A stretch of DNA of 64,000 nt, taken from a virus. Location: positions 1-64,000 of IMG/VR virus record IMGVR_UViG_3300033552_000002. The stretch is one strand, 5' to 3'. Shown piece by piece: positions 38,612-47,595 of this stretch. Under the pieces are notes generated by a model. It was not told where the DNA came from. It saw only the letters and a list, made by a program, of their open reading frames with translations, and ran no database searches. Position 1 is the stretch's first letter. Each line of letters begins with the position of its first letter. The position numbers and the translations under genes are program-made.

Positions 38612-39595
38612 TTACCAGTCATTTGTATTAAAAGTATCTTTACTCTCACTTATATTATTAACTATATTAACTTGCTCAAGTTTATTTGCAAAGGTAGCAC
38701 TATTATTTGTATAGTTTTCATTTTGTAAATTATTTCCTCCCTTACCAAAGAAACCATAATACTTTCTATGGTTAGGTACTATATTGAAAGATGCTTCTAA
38801 CAAATTTTGATATTGATCTATTCCTTGAGGCATCTTAGCTTTGTTTCCAAATTGCTTTACATATTTAAGCCATTTACTTTCAGCTTTTTCAGCTAACTGA
38901 CATGAGCCTTCTCTATGGTTCCAACATTCTCTTTCTTTAAATTTCCAACCTAAGTAATATGTAATAGCTGATTTAGCAGATTCATCATCTGGAACCATAG
39001 GATAACCTGTATCACAGTCTATCATTTGTCTTACATAAGATACGGCTACAAAACCTTGTTTAAAGTTAAACCTCAAATTATCTTGTACTATAGTATATTC
39101 ATCTGAGGTAGCTGTGTATAAGTTTTCTAATGCTGGAATCTTACAAACTAAAGAATTAAAAAAACTTGCATCAGCTAATCTAACATTTGAAAATTCTTTT
39201 TTGGTATAAGAACTATTATTCCAAGATAAATTCTTAAAAGGGAAATTAAAATAAGGTGTATACTCTGGAATGGCTTCTGTAGTATCACCTACAATTTTCT
39301 GAGTAACATGTAAATTAGAATGCATACTTGTAGGATTACAAGAAGTATCTTGATCTACCCAACTAGTTTTTCTTGCAATTTGCATAATGTAATGAAGACC
39401 TTCAGGAATAGTGGCTTGATAATCTTTAACTTCAATAAAAGCTACAGCTTCTTCAGAAGCACTGACTATTTTCATAAAACCTAAAGCTTCCCCTACCCAT
39501 TCAATAGCATCATCAGTATTAATATCCAGTCCTCTAAAATCCCTAAAGTATTTAGCTAAGATTGTATCAATAGTTACAAATTGAAATTTTTGCAT
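38612..39595 (-). CDS. hypothetical structural-module protein (327 aa)
   Basis: ORF packed tightly in the operon. No motif recognised. Confidence 0.55.
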   Translation of the reverse strand: MQKFQFVTIDTILAKYFRDFRGLDINTDDAIEWVGEALGFMKIVSASEEAVAFIEVKDYQATIPEGLHYIMQIARKTSWVDQDTSCNPTSMHSNLHVTQKIVGDTTEAIPEYTPYFNFPFKNLSWNNSSYTKKEFSNVRLADASFFNSLVCKIPALENLYTATSDEYTIVQDNLRFNFKQGFVAVSYVRQMIDCDTGYPMVPDDESAKSAITYYLGWKFKERECWNHREGSCQLAEKAESKWLKYVKQFGNKAKMPQGIDQYQNLLEASFNIVPNHRKYYGFFGKGGNNLQNENYTNNSATFANKLEQVNIVNNISESKDTFNTNDW

Positions 39596-39596
39596 G

Positions 39597-39869
39597 TTAG
39601 TCTAGTTTATCAGCTAAGGATTTCTCCTTTGGCATTGTTATTTTTAAAGGGTTATCTTTTGAAAACCATTCTTTAGTATAATATTCATATTGAGTACCTT
39701 CTTCTCCACTTCTTTTGTACTTTAAATCACAACTCATATTTAGTACAAAACCATTTTCAATTTCTCTGACAGTTATTCTTTTTGATTCAGAAATTACTTC
39801 AGCACCTTCAGGTAGTTGAAAAGATTTCTTACTTTCAAAACTTGCCTCACTTGTTAATTTTTCTTCCAT
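39597..39869 (-). CDS. hypothetical protein (90 aa)
   Basis: ORF that fills the gap exactly. Confidence 0.45.
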   Translation of the reverse strand: MEEKLTSEASFESKKSFQLPEGAEVISESKRITVREIENGFVLNMSCDLKYKRSGEEGTQYEYYTKEWFSKDNPLKITMPKEKSLADKLD

Positions 39870-39871
39870 GT

Positions 39872-40342
39872 TTATGTTTTTATAAAGTATTCTTTACCTG
39901 CTTTAATACTTTTGTTAACAGCTCTTTTATTATTTCTTACCATTCTAAGTGCATACAATGTTTTGTTTTCAATAGGCACTCTATTTTTAGACCAATGATA
40001 TTTATAAACTACACCATTTGTTTCCTCATTAGTACAGTAAATTATTTTCTTCTCAAGTCTAGCTTTCTCATTAGCTTCCCTAAGTTTTTTAGTTTTCCCC
40101 CAGTTTGGTGGAAGTATAGGTTCACCTTTATCATTAAATCTTAGCTTTCTTTTATTACCTATTACACTTAATGTACCTAATCTAGCTGGTAATGTAACTT
40201 CATTCCCTTCAATAATTTCATTGACAAGAAACTTCATATATGCATTAGCAATTAAAATATATGTTTTAACATCTTGTGGAGCTTTAACTAAGCTCAAATA
40301 AAGTTTATAACTACTTCTAGTGTTGCTTTCAGTTTTTATCAT
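39872..40342 (-). CDS. HU/IHF-like DNA-binding protein (possible)
   Basis: FLVNEIIEGNEVTLPARLGTLSVIGNKRKLRFNDKGEPILPP follows the HU/IHF pattern (helix, then V.L.G.G.F.V..R..R....GE.I.IP). crAss-like structural modules are known to contain an IHF-like gene. Confidence 0.4.
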   Translation of the reverse strand: MIKTESNTRSSYKLYLSLVKAPQDVKTYILIANAYMKFLVNEIIEGNEVTLPARLGTLSVIGNKRKLRFNDKGEPILPPNWGKTKKLREANEKARLEKKIIYCTNEETNGVVYKYHWSKNRVPIENKTLYALRMVRNNKRAVNKSIKAGKEYFIKT

Positions 40343-41037
40343 TTAGACTGTCCTTTGTCAGTATCAATTGAATTGTTTGTAATATCTTCTTGCATTTTGT
40401 TAAAGATTTCAATTAACTCAATACTAGCCATTTCAATAAGAGTTTTTACCATATCTCCATCAATAGGAAATTCTTTGTCTGATATTTCTCCACAGCCATC
40501 ACAGTCAGTACATTCACATTTAGAAGGATAATTATAAGCTTCTATTGGGTCTTCTGGTAAAATTTTAATTCTTACTATTCCAGGAGAACTTTTTACTGGA
40601 AAATATAAATGACCTTTTTCAATTATATATTTAGGTTTTTCTTTTGTATATTTATTACCTGCAGTAAATAACTGTTCTGTTCTTGAAGCTTCTTCTATTC
40701 TCATAGAACTGTCTATGGCCATAACATATTCAATAAGATGTGAACTGTTATTAGTTAAGATTTTAGGTAAAGGATGTTTGGTTCTAAATACACTACAAGC
40801 CTTATCAACTATACAGGGACATTCTTGATTAGGAACCTTTATTAATTCCACACAAGGCAGTATTAAATAATTCCAGTCACTTATCTTTTGTCTTTTCTTA
40901 ACTTGCTGAGAAATAAGTGTTTGCCTAGTTGTAACAAGTACACTGTAGATATGTCTTGATGACAATCTACTGCTTCTACTCTGCACCCCTTTACTGTAGA
41001 GAGACTGTACTCTTTGTATTAGCTCTTTTATTTTCAT
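40339..41037 (-). CDS. Cys-rich hypothetical protein (232 aa)
   Basis: ECPCIVDKAC and CECTDCDGC clusters. The ORF start overlaps the upstream nuclease gene by 47 nt. Confidence 0.5.
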   Translation of the reverse strand: MKIKELIQRVQSLYSKGVQSRSSRLSSRHIYSVLVTTRQTLISQQVKKRQKISDWNYLILPCVELIKVPNQECPCIVDKACSVFRTKHPLPKILTNNSSHLIEYVMAIDSSMRIEEASRTEQLFTAGNKYTKEKPKYIIEKGHLYFPVKSSPGIVRIKILPEDPIEAYNYPSKCECTDCDGCGEISDKEFPIDGDMVKTLIEMASIELIEIFNKMQEDITNNSIDTDKGQSK

Positions 41038-41746
41038 GTTTAATTTCTAAGTATTGTCCTAGTTCTTGAGTAAAATCTTGGGTATCATAAGTAATATAAT
41101 TACCATCTAATTGTAACCAAATTATTCTTCTTTTATAAACCTTTATTCCTAACTGTTCTAAAAGTATTTGATAAAAAGAAAGTTGAATTTGGTAATGATT
41201 AAAAGGATTATCTAAGAACTGATTAAATATTCCCAACATTTTCTTCTCCTTGAAATTTTTAAATAAGTCTTTATTAGTCTTGTAATCAGCTATGATATAC
41301 TGTTGATTCTTAGTATTGAACAATAATATATCTGCTGTACCTGGAAACATAAATACCTTATGATACATTTTAATTTCAACACCAACTGGTATTATCCATT
41401 CTGGAAGTTCATTCCAAAACTTAACTACTGCTTCTTCTTGAGGGCATGAAGGTTTTAAACTTCTATTAAAAGGATAGAGTTCACCAAATAAGTGAACTCT
41501 GTTTCCTCTTTCTATTGCTTCCTTGTTAGTTGCTGTCCATTCAGCTAAAACTTCTTCTGTACTAATTCCTCTATACTTTGCAGTTCTAGCTGCTATTTTA
41601 GGTGCATTGAATTTTTCATAAAAAGTTTCAATGAGTTTTGATACTGACCCATTAAAAGGTTTATCATCTACTGAATATATATGTTCTTTCTCATTGAAAA
41701 CTAAATCTTTAAAGCTTTCTTTAATTATGTCTCTAATTCCTTCCAT
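40991..41746 (-). CDS. RecB/Cas4-type PD-(D/E)XK nuclease
   Basis: GTADILLF...YIIADYKTNK (D...D/ExK) followed by QIQLSFYQILL (the QxxxY motif typical of the RecB nuclease family). Confidence 0.65.
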   Translation of the reverse strand: MEGIRDIIKESFKDLVFNEKEHIYSVDDKPFNGSVSKLIETFYEKFNAPKIAARTAKYRGISTEEVLAEWTATNKEAIERGNRVHLFGELYPFNRSLKPSCPQEEAVVKFWNELPEWIIPVGVEIKMYHKVFMFPGTADILLFNTKNQQYIIADYKTNKDLFKNFKEKKMLGIFNQFLDNPFNHYQIQLSFYQILLEQLGIKVYKRRIIWLQLDGNYITYDTQDFTQELGQYLEIKHENKRANTKSTVSLQ

Positions 41747-41750
41747 GAGA

Positions 41751-41758
41751 CAAATATA
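41751..41758 (-). promoter_or_regulatory. TAnnTTTG -7 box (TATATTTG) 4 nt upstream of the nuclease ATG
   Basis: CAAATATA lies in the 24-nt gap. The spacing to the ATG is the same as for the plus-strand box at 8076-8083, suggesting a leaderless mRNA. Confidence 0.4.
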
Positions 41759-41770
41759 TAAAAAATTTTA

Positions 41771-42016
41771 TTAAAAAACTTTTAATCTAGCATGTAATCT
41801 TAAAGATAATAAAACTAGTAAAGAAACATTAAAAAGAAAATATAATATTGGTAAAGAGATTCCAATAGATGATAAACAAAGCACAGCAATACCACCAAAG
41901 ATAATCTTAAGAAAAGCTTCATGCTTAATTGTTGTCTTATCCTCAATCTCCACAAGAAGATTTAAAAGTGATATTATAGCAGTAGCTATAAGTACCAAAG
42001 TATTAATTATCTCCAT
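41771..42016 (-). CDS. small multi-pass membrane protein, holin/antiholin-like (81 aa)
   Basis: Almost entirely hydrophobic, with 2-3 predicted helices and a short basic C-terminus. Confidence 0.45.
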   Translation of the reverse strand: MEIINTLVLIATAIISLLNLLVEIEDKTTIKHEAFLKIIFGGIAVLCLSSIGISLPILYFLFNVSLLVLLSLRLHARLKVF

Positions 42017-42293
42017 CTTTTTTAAATTTTGCCATTATTAATTTTTGAATACCTTGAATACCTAAGTACCCTATTAATACTGCAATACCAAGTTTAGAAG
42101 GTTCTCCAACTATATGAAAAACTTCACAAAATAAAGGAGTTAGATATATGGCCACACCCACACCTAGAAAAATAGATGATATACTAGCCAGTAAAGATTT
42201 CTTTGTACCTTGTGTACCTGCTATAGTTCCTATTAATCCAGCTATGATTATTGCACCATTGGTTATTCCTAAATACTCTAATATCTCTTTCAT
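42003..42293 (-). CDS. small multi-pass membrane protein, holin-like (96 aa)
   Basis: Three hydrophobic helices and a charged C-terminal tail (KFKKDGDN). Overlaps the next membrane ORF. Confidence 0.45.
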   Translation of the reverse strand: MKEILEYLGITNGAIIIAGLIGTIAGTQGTKKSLLASISSIFLGVGVAIYLTPLFCEVFHIVGEPSKLGIAVLIGYLGIQGIQKLIMAKFKKDGDN

Positions 42294-42342
42294 TGTATGC
42301 AGTTTTATTATTCTTATTTAAACATTCAAAATGAATCCTAAA

Positions 42343-42519
42343 TTATTTAGCTTGTTTATCTTGACCTGTTGCTTGTGTTAGTTCTTCAACAACTGGAAAT
42401 ACTAAAGCTACTTTTACAGCTTCTGCTACTACAGCTGCTTCATCTAAAGTTAATAGTCCTCCTCTTTGAGCTGCTGCAGCTACATCAATCAATACTTTAA
42501 TTGCATATTCTTGTGTCAT
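42343..42519 (-). CDS. unannotated 58-aa Ala/Val-rich ORF
   Basis: Minus-strand ATG (42517-42519) to TAA (42343-42345). Translation: MTQEYAIKVLIDVAAAAQRGGLLTLDEAAVVAEAVKVALVFPVVEELTQATGQDKQAK. It fills most of an otherwise unexplained 310-nt gap and is visibly GC-richer than the flanks. Confidence 0.5.
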   Translation of the reverse strand: MTQEYAIKVLIDVAAAAQRGGLLTLDEAAVVAEAVKVALVFPVVEELTQATGQDKQAK

Positions 42520-42604
42520 AATACTTTAATTTAGTTTAAATTTATTTTTTGTAAAAATACAAATTAATTTTAGTTTTAATGAAATAAATAAAATTAAATT
42601 TTAT

Positions 42605-43117
42605 TTAACAATCTACTACATTTAAATCTCCAAAAAGTTTTTGAAGTTTTACTTTCAATCTATTGTAAGCAAAAGAAAAAATGTTTATTGTATCTAAAGA
42701 AGAAAAATCAGGAACTACTTGAGTATAGGTTTCTTGATAAGTTTCCTCTACCATTCTGAATTCTTTTCTAGTAACAACTTGTTCAACTGGTTCCCCAGTT
42801 TCATTTGTTGTAGTAATAGTTTCTGTAACATCAACTTCTTTACCTACTTGTCTAGTTGAAGTTCTAGTTGCAATAACTTCCTTAGTTAAAGCAACAGTTA
42901 AACTGTCACCTATTTCACTATTTCTAGCTACTAAAAACATCATAGGTTGATATATACTAGCTACAGGTGGTATTGAGTTTTCCTGACTTTGATAAATTTG
43001 AAGATCAAAGTAAGCATGTCCTGAACTTTTCTCTATTCTGTAAGAACTAATTCTTACATAGGCTTCACTAGTAATACCTTGATCTGTTCCAATTGGAGTT
43101 GTGATTTTTAATCCCAT
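42605..43117 (-). CDS. hypothetical structural protein (170 aa)
   Basis: ORF downstream of the fibre cluster. No motif recognised. Confidence 0.5.
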   Translation of the reverse strand: MGLKITTPIGTDQGITSEAYVRISSYRIEKSSGHAYFDLQIYQSQENSIPPVASIYQPMMFLVARNSEIGDSLTVALTKEVIATRTSTRQVGKEVDVTETITTTNETGEPVEQVVTRKEFRMVEETYQETYTQVVPDFSSLDTINIFSFAYNRLKVKLQKLFGDLNVVDC

Positions 43118-43151
43118 TTTATTTGTTTTTTATTAATTATTATTGAATGCA

Positions 43152-43916
43152 TTATACTGGATTTATACCAGGGTTTATGTTTATAGTATTACTTTGTGGA
43201 CTAATACTGGATATATTTCCAGCTGCATCTAAAGCATAAACATGATAATAGTAACTTGCACCTCCAGGTAAATTATAATCAGCATAATTTCTTACTGTAT
43301 TAGTTCCTACAAATGTACCATTTCTATATATATGATACAATGTTACTGCAACATTATCAGTATCGCCATTCCAAAATATATCTATATTACCTGTAGTAAC
43401 ACCTCCATCTGCCTGTACATATGTTGGTGGAGTAGGTGGAGTTGTATCAGAAACAGAACAAGATTGATATTCACTAACTACTCCTACATTACTTAATCTT
43501 CCAATAACCCCTTCTATAACTTGAAAATAATTAATTCCTGGAAAAACAGTTGTAAGATTAGCATCCTGATAAAATACAGTACCATTAGTTACAGGATTTG
43601 TGTTAGCCTTATAAAGTCCCCCCATTGCTGTAGTTCCTACAACTGCACATGCCTCAGCTGCTGTAGCAAATTGAGAAAAAGATATAGGAACAAAATAAGA
43701 TACAACAGCTGTTTCCCAAGCACTTTTGGGAACCAGTTGATTTGACGCATAGCTATTCATGGAAGCTACTTTTAAATTATATCTGTCCAATGCTAAAACT
43801 TTAGTCATCATCATATTCCCAGAACCATGAGATTTGCTAGGATTTAAAGCAAATCCTGAAGAAGCAGCCTCTTGTTCTGATACCATTTGATTTGCTGCTA
43901 AAGTGCTAAATGGCAT
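43152..43916 (-). CDS. structural protein with C-terminal fibronectin type III-like domain (254 aa)
   Basis: TPPTPPTYV linker followed by IDIFWNGDTDNVAVTLYHIYRNG....YYYHVYALDAAGNISSIS, a typical FN3 pattern. Confidence 0.55.
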   Translation of the reverse strand: MPFSTLAANQMVSEQEAASSGFALNPSKSHGSGNMMMTKVLALDRYNLKVASMNSYASNQLVPKSAWETAVVSYFVPISFSQFATAAEACAVVGTTAMGGLYKANTNPVTNGTVFYQDANLTTVFPGINYFQVIEGVIGRLSNVGVVSEYQSCSVSDTTPPTPPTYVQADGGVTTGNIDIFWNGDTDNVAVTLYHIYRNGTFVGTNTVRNYADYNLPGGASYYYHVYALDAAGNISSISPQSNTININPGINPV

Positions 43917-45471
43917 ATTGTAATTGTTTAAGTTGTTTTTCTAACATTTCTACTTTAGCTACTAATACTTGAATATAGTTTACAGACAACATTCCTTCAC
44001 TATCTTCATTAATAGCATCAGGCATATACTTTTGTACTTCTTGCGCTGAATAACCTACCTGTATCTTCTTCCCTTTAGGTTTATCTTTCCAAGTGTATGA
44101 AATAGCTTTTAATTTACTTACATCATATTCTTTTTTAATTACATCTTTTAATCTAATATCAGAAGAAGCATAAAAAGCTAGTCCATAAATATTATTTGCT
44201 CCAAAATCTTCATACGAAGTCCCTGGATTATTTCTTATAACTATTCTACCACTAGGTTCCATAGCAATGCTTGAAGCTACTACATTACCCCAATGAAATG
44301 CTAATCTTGGTGCAAACTGCATTAAGTTACCTTGTGCTCCTGCTTGATTTACTTCCCTCATTTGTACAGCATCCCCATAAGAAGTAGAAGCTACAGTAGA
44401 ATAAATAGTGTTTACTCCGACTAAGGGACCTCTAAAAGAGGTTGCAGTTACACTTGAACCAAAAGTAGACATGCCTGTAGCTCTATTCATACTTAAAAAA
44501 GTACCTAAATAAGACCCATCATCATTATATCTGTATAAAGTAAGATTTGAACCAGAATTTGAACCAGTTTCAGGTGCGTCTCTATCTAATTCCCATCTTA
44601 GAATATTACTACTATTCCTAAAAACAAGGGCAATTGGAGAACTAGTAACAAAGCCACTGTTAGTAGATAAGTTTCCTGTTAGAGTACCTCCTGTTATAGG
44701 TAAATAATTATTTGGGTTAAAATTGACATCATCCCATACTTTTCTCCATGCACTATAACTAGGGCCATATTTAACTTTCACTCTTTGTTCTCCTGCATTA
44801 TCATAATCGTGATAAACTTTTCCATAAGTATCAACATTTCCAAATATAGATAACATACTATATGAATTAGGTTCGTTAGTACTTCCTGTTCCATTACCTG
44901 TTACATTTAAGTAAAATCCTGTACTGTCTAGAGTGTGAAAATCCACATTACTACCTAACCCTCCTCTATAAGTATAAGCATGGTTATTTAAAGGTACAAA
45001 GGCAGTAGAATTATAAGCGTTAGAGCCTAAACCTAAAAAGGTTTTAACTGCTGCTGGTGAATACTGTCTTTGTATTGCAAAATTGGCATCTCTACCAAAT
45101 AAAGCAAACACTCCACTTTCTTGCACAGCCACATCATCTAAAGACCAGCCATTCCATTTTGTGGAAGTACCACTAATATTAATACCCCAAGTACCACTTG
45201 CACCAACACCTGTTAAACCTGGATATAATCCAGCATGATTTCCCCAATTAAATGCACTTTGACCATTTAATATTCTACTATCATTTCCCTCTGCTGTAGT
45301 GTTTACTACTGTACCAAAGTTTTTATTAAATGCAGTGTTTTTTGAAAAAAATAATTCATAATTACTTGAATCTATACTACCATCTGCTTTAAGAAATTGT
45401 GAAGCTAGACCACCTACTCTAGATATAGACCCATTAACAAGAATACTAACTTCAAATTTTTTATTGGCCAT
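43906..45471 (-). CDS. tail fibre with C-terminal S74-type intramolecular chaperone domain (521 aa)
   Basis: The C-terminal SSDIRLKDVIKKEYDVSKLKAISYTWKDK...VGYSAQEVQKYMPDAI...SVNYIQVLVAKVEMLEKQLKQLQ matches the SDxRxK.. auto-cleaving chaperone domain of endosialidase and tail-fibre proteins. Confidence 0.7.
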   Translation of the reverse strand: MANKKFEVSILVNGSISRVGGLASQFLKADGSIDSSNYELFFSKNTAFNKNFGTVVNTTAEGNDSRILNGQSAFNWGNHAGLYPGLTGVGASGTWGINISGTSTKWNGWSLDDVAVQESGVFALFGRDANFAIQRQYSPAAVKTFLGLGSNAYNSTAFVPLNNHAYTYRGGLGSNVDFHTLDSTGFYLNVTGNGTGSTNEPNSYSMLSIFGNVDTYGKVYHDYDNAGEQRVKVKYGPSYSAWRKVWDDVNFNPNNYLPITGGTLTGNLSTNSGFVTSSPIALVFRNSSNILRWELDRDAPETGSNSGSNLTLYRYNDDGSYLGTFLSMNRATGMSTFGSSVTATSFRGPLVGVNTIYSTVASTSYGDAVQMREVNQAGAQGNLMQFAPRLAFHWGNVVASSIAMEPSGRIVIRNNPGTSYEDFGANNIYGLAFYASSDIRLKDVIKKEYDVSKLKAISYTWKDKPKGKKIQVGYSAQEVQKYMPDAINEDSEGMLSVNYIQVLVAKVEMLEKQLKQLQYAI

Positions 45472-45484
45472 TATATCTATTTAT

Positions 45485-46747
45485 TTATTTTTTAATAATT
45501 ACTCTGTACTGGTTAAGAGCTGGTGCAACATTACATTGTACATTAACTATTGTTGTTGAAGTTGCACGTACTTGCATTTCAATTTGTTCTCCTGTAGCTA
45601 CTTCCATAATTGTAACAGAAACGTCTGTAGTATTTAACCCATGAGTGATATTAAATGATATCGCAACTCCATCACCAAATGTTGCAGCAAAGCCACCAAC
45701 AAGAGAAGACAAATGATTTTTTAATTTTAGTGCAGTAATTGCTTTTACATTATCTGTACCTGTAGTAACTTCTGCCTGAGTAGCTATAGCAATTAATCCA
45801 ATTGCAGTTTCTGTAGCAACTTTAGATTGTAAGCTTGCAGGAGTTACTGCTTTTGTAGCATCTACTCCAGCAATTGTTTCTGCATCAGTGGCTAACTGAA
45901 CAATACCTTGAACAGATGTAGAAGCAGATACAATGTCAGCAATGTTTTTATTAACAGTAGTCCAATGTGCTAATGTAGTAGGATTATCTTGTTTGGCAAT
46001 AATCATATCACCTATCTGTACATTTTCAGTAAAGAATGCTCCAGCAGCAGTAACAACATAGGCCCAACCATTTTTAATTCCTGCAATAGGAGTTGCATCT
46101 AATAATGGAGTATTTGTAGCAGCATCATACCCTCCTTTGTTTATTAACCCTCCTGTTATTGTATTGTTAATAGCTGCAAGTTCAGCAGCAATTTTAGTAG
46201 ATGACCAAGTAAATGTAGCATTAGTTGCTGCATCATTTATGATTAGTGCAGATAAGTCAGCATTTGTTAAACTTCTAGTTGACATTCCAGTAACATGCCC
46301 TTCAGAATTAACTATAACATTACTGATCACAGTTGTACCTGCAAGAGGTGCTCCTGCTAAACCATTACCTGTAAAACTAGGATGAACATAAAAATTTGCA
46401 TTTGCAGCACCAGTATAGCCAAGATCAGCTAGGGTTAATGTTCTACTAGTAGCAGCTACAACATGCCCTTCAGTATTAAAGGTTAATGTAGCTAATACAT
46501 TGTTCCCTGATAATGTAGGAGCTAAAGCTGCTTGAGTGTTATGTGTGTATAGTTGACCTAGATTTAGCCATTGATTTGGACTTGCTAGACCTGTAAAAAC
46601 ATAAGCTGTTTTTTCTGTAGTGTTCCAATAAATAAAACCAGGTATTCTGCCTGTAACTGTAGGAGCTACAGATAAGTTTTGAATAGTTGCATTAAGTAAT
46701 TGATTATTATTTAAGTCAATGTCAACACCAAAGTTCTTTTTTGCCAT
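45485..46747 (-). CDS. tail fibre protein with internal repeats (420 aa)
   Basis: Tandem motifs IVQLATDAETIAGVDATKAVTPASL and IAIATQAEVTTGTDNVKAITALKL (phage fibre repeat). Also a duplicated EGHV..(S/T)R(T/S)LT.ADL unit, with the DNA repeat AACATGCCCTTCAG near 46293 and 46460. Confidence 0.65.
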   Translation of the reverse strand: MAKKNFGVDIDLNNNQLLNATIQNLSVAPTVTGRIPGFIYWNTTEKTAYVFTGLASPNQWLNLGQLYTHNTQAALAPTLSGNNVLATLTFNTEGHVVAATSRTLTLADLGYTGAANANFYVHPSFTGNGLAGAPLAGTTVISNVIVNSEGHVTGMSTRSLTNADLSALIINDAATNATFTWSSTKIAAELAAINNTITGGLINKGGYDAATNTPLLDATPIAGIKNGWAYVVTAAGAFFTENVQIGDMIIAKQDNPTTLAHWTTVNKNIADIVSASTSVQGIVQLATDAETIAGVDATKAVTPASLQSKVATETAIGLIAIATQAEVTTGTDNVKAITALKLKNHLSSLVGGFAATFGDGVAISFNITHGLNTTDVSVTIMEVATGEQIEMQVRATSTTIVNVQCNVAPALNQYRVIIKK

Positions 46748-46765
46748 CTTTTATATTTTTATATA

Positions 46766-47125
46766 TTAATTTAATATTGCTGTTCCTGAAAAAGAACCAT
46801 TAAATTCAATAATAATTCTGCTGTCAGATAGATAATTAACTGCTCCTTCTATACAAGTTCCACCAGAATCAACAACTACTACAGATACTTTCTTCTTTAA
46901 TGGATGGTCTATTAGCCAGCTATCTGAAGGTACTCCTTGTACATACTCAAAATTCTTATCAAATAGGCCTTCTATTGTAATATTCCCTGCACCTAATAAA
47001 CTCTGATTATTTAAAGTTTTTATAGTAATACCACTTTCTAAAGCATCTTCTTTAATCAAAAGAAGTTCTTCTGGAGAAATAGACTCTATAGTACCTTTAC
47101 CTTTATTTATTATTTCAAATATCAT
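46766..47125 (-). CDS. small fibre-associated protein sharing the N-terminal module of the 528-aa fibre (119 aa)
   Basis: MIFEIINKGKGTIESISPEELLLIKE aligns with MVFEIVNKGKGIIDALSPNNLIVIEK of the 47596-49182 product. Confidence 0.5.
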   Translation of the reverse strand: MIFEIINKGKGTIESISPEELLLIKEDALESGITIKTLNNQSLLGAGNITIEGLFDKNFEYVQGVPSDSWLIDHPLKKKVSVVVVDSGGTCIEGAVNYLSDSRIIIEFNGSFSGTAILN

Positions 47126-47188
47126 TTATAAAATATGTTTTTACTCTGTAAAGATATTAATAATTATTTAAAGATCACAGTTAATATA

Positions 47189-47593
47189 TTATGAGCAAGC
47201 AGTTCCTTGAACATCTAATGTAATACTTATAGAAGGATTTGTTGACAAATCTATTCCATTAAAAGATATGTCTCCTGTAGATAATTGACAAGAAACAAGA
47301 GCAGGATTTGTGCCTACATTTAATCTTACAGGTGCATCTGTTGCATTATTAGAAGTTACTCTTATTATTGTAACTGGGTTTCCAGAAACTGAATAAGAAC
47401 CAGAAACAGTTGCACCACCTTGTACAGGAAATGCTCCTCCATTATTTAATGTAATAACAGTTTGACTTATCTCCACAGTAACAAATATGCCATTAGCATT
47501 TAAATTTCTTACTTCAATATTTCCAGAAATTTGTACTGGTGCAGAAACAACTTCTGTTTGTGTTCTATATATATTTCTTTGAAAGCTATTCAT
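47189..47593 (-). CDS. hypothetical beta-rich structural protein (134 aa)
   Basis: ORF within the fibre cluster. Val/Thr/Asn/Gly-rich. Confidence 0.45.
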   Translation of the reverse strand: MNSFQRNIYRTQTEVVSAPVQISGNIEVRNLNANGIFVTVEISQTVITLNNGGAFPVQGGATVSGSYSVSGNPVTIIRVTSNNATDAPVRLNVGTNPALVSCQLSTGDISFNGIDLSTNPSISITLDVQGTACS

Positions 47594-47595
47594 AA

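Noticed and set aside
42520-42604. A possible promoter in the 85-nt extremely AT-rich spacer (minus-strand TTAATTTG).
   Set aside because: The box deviates from TAnnTTTG at position 2, and in DNA this AT-rich such near-matches are expected by chance. It is kept only as a remark under the small-ORF finding.
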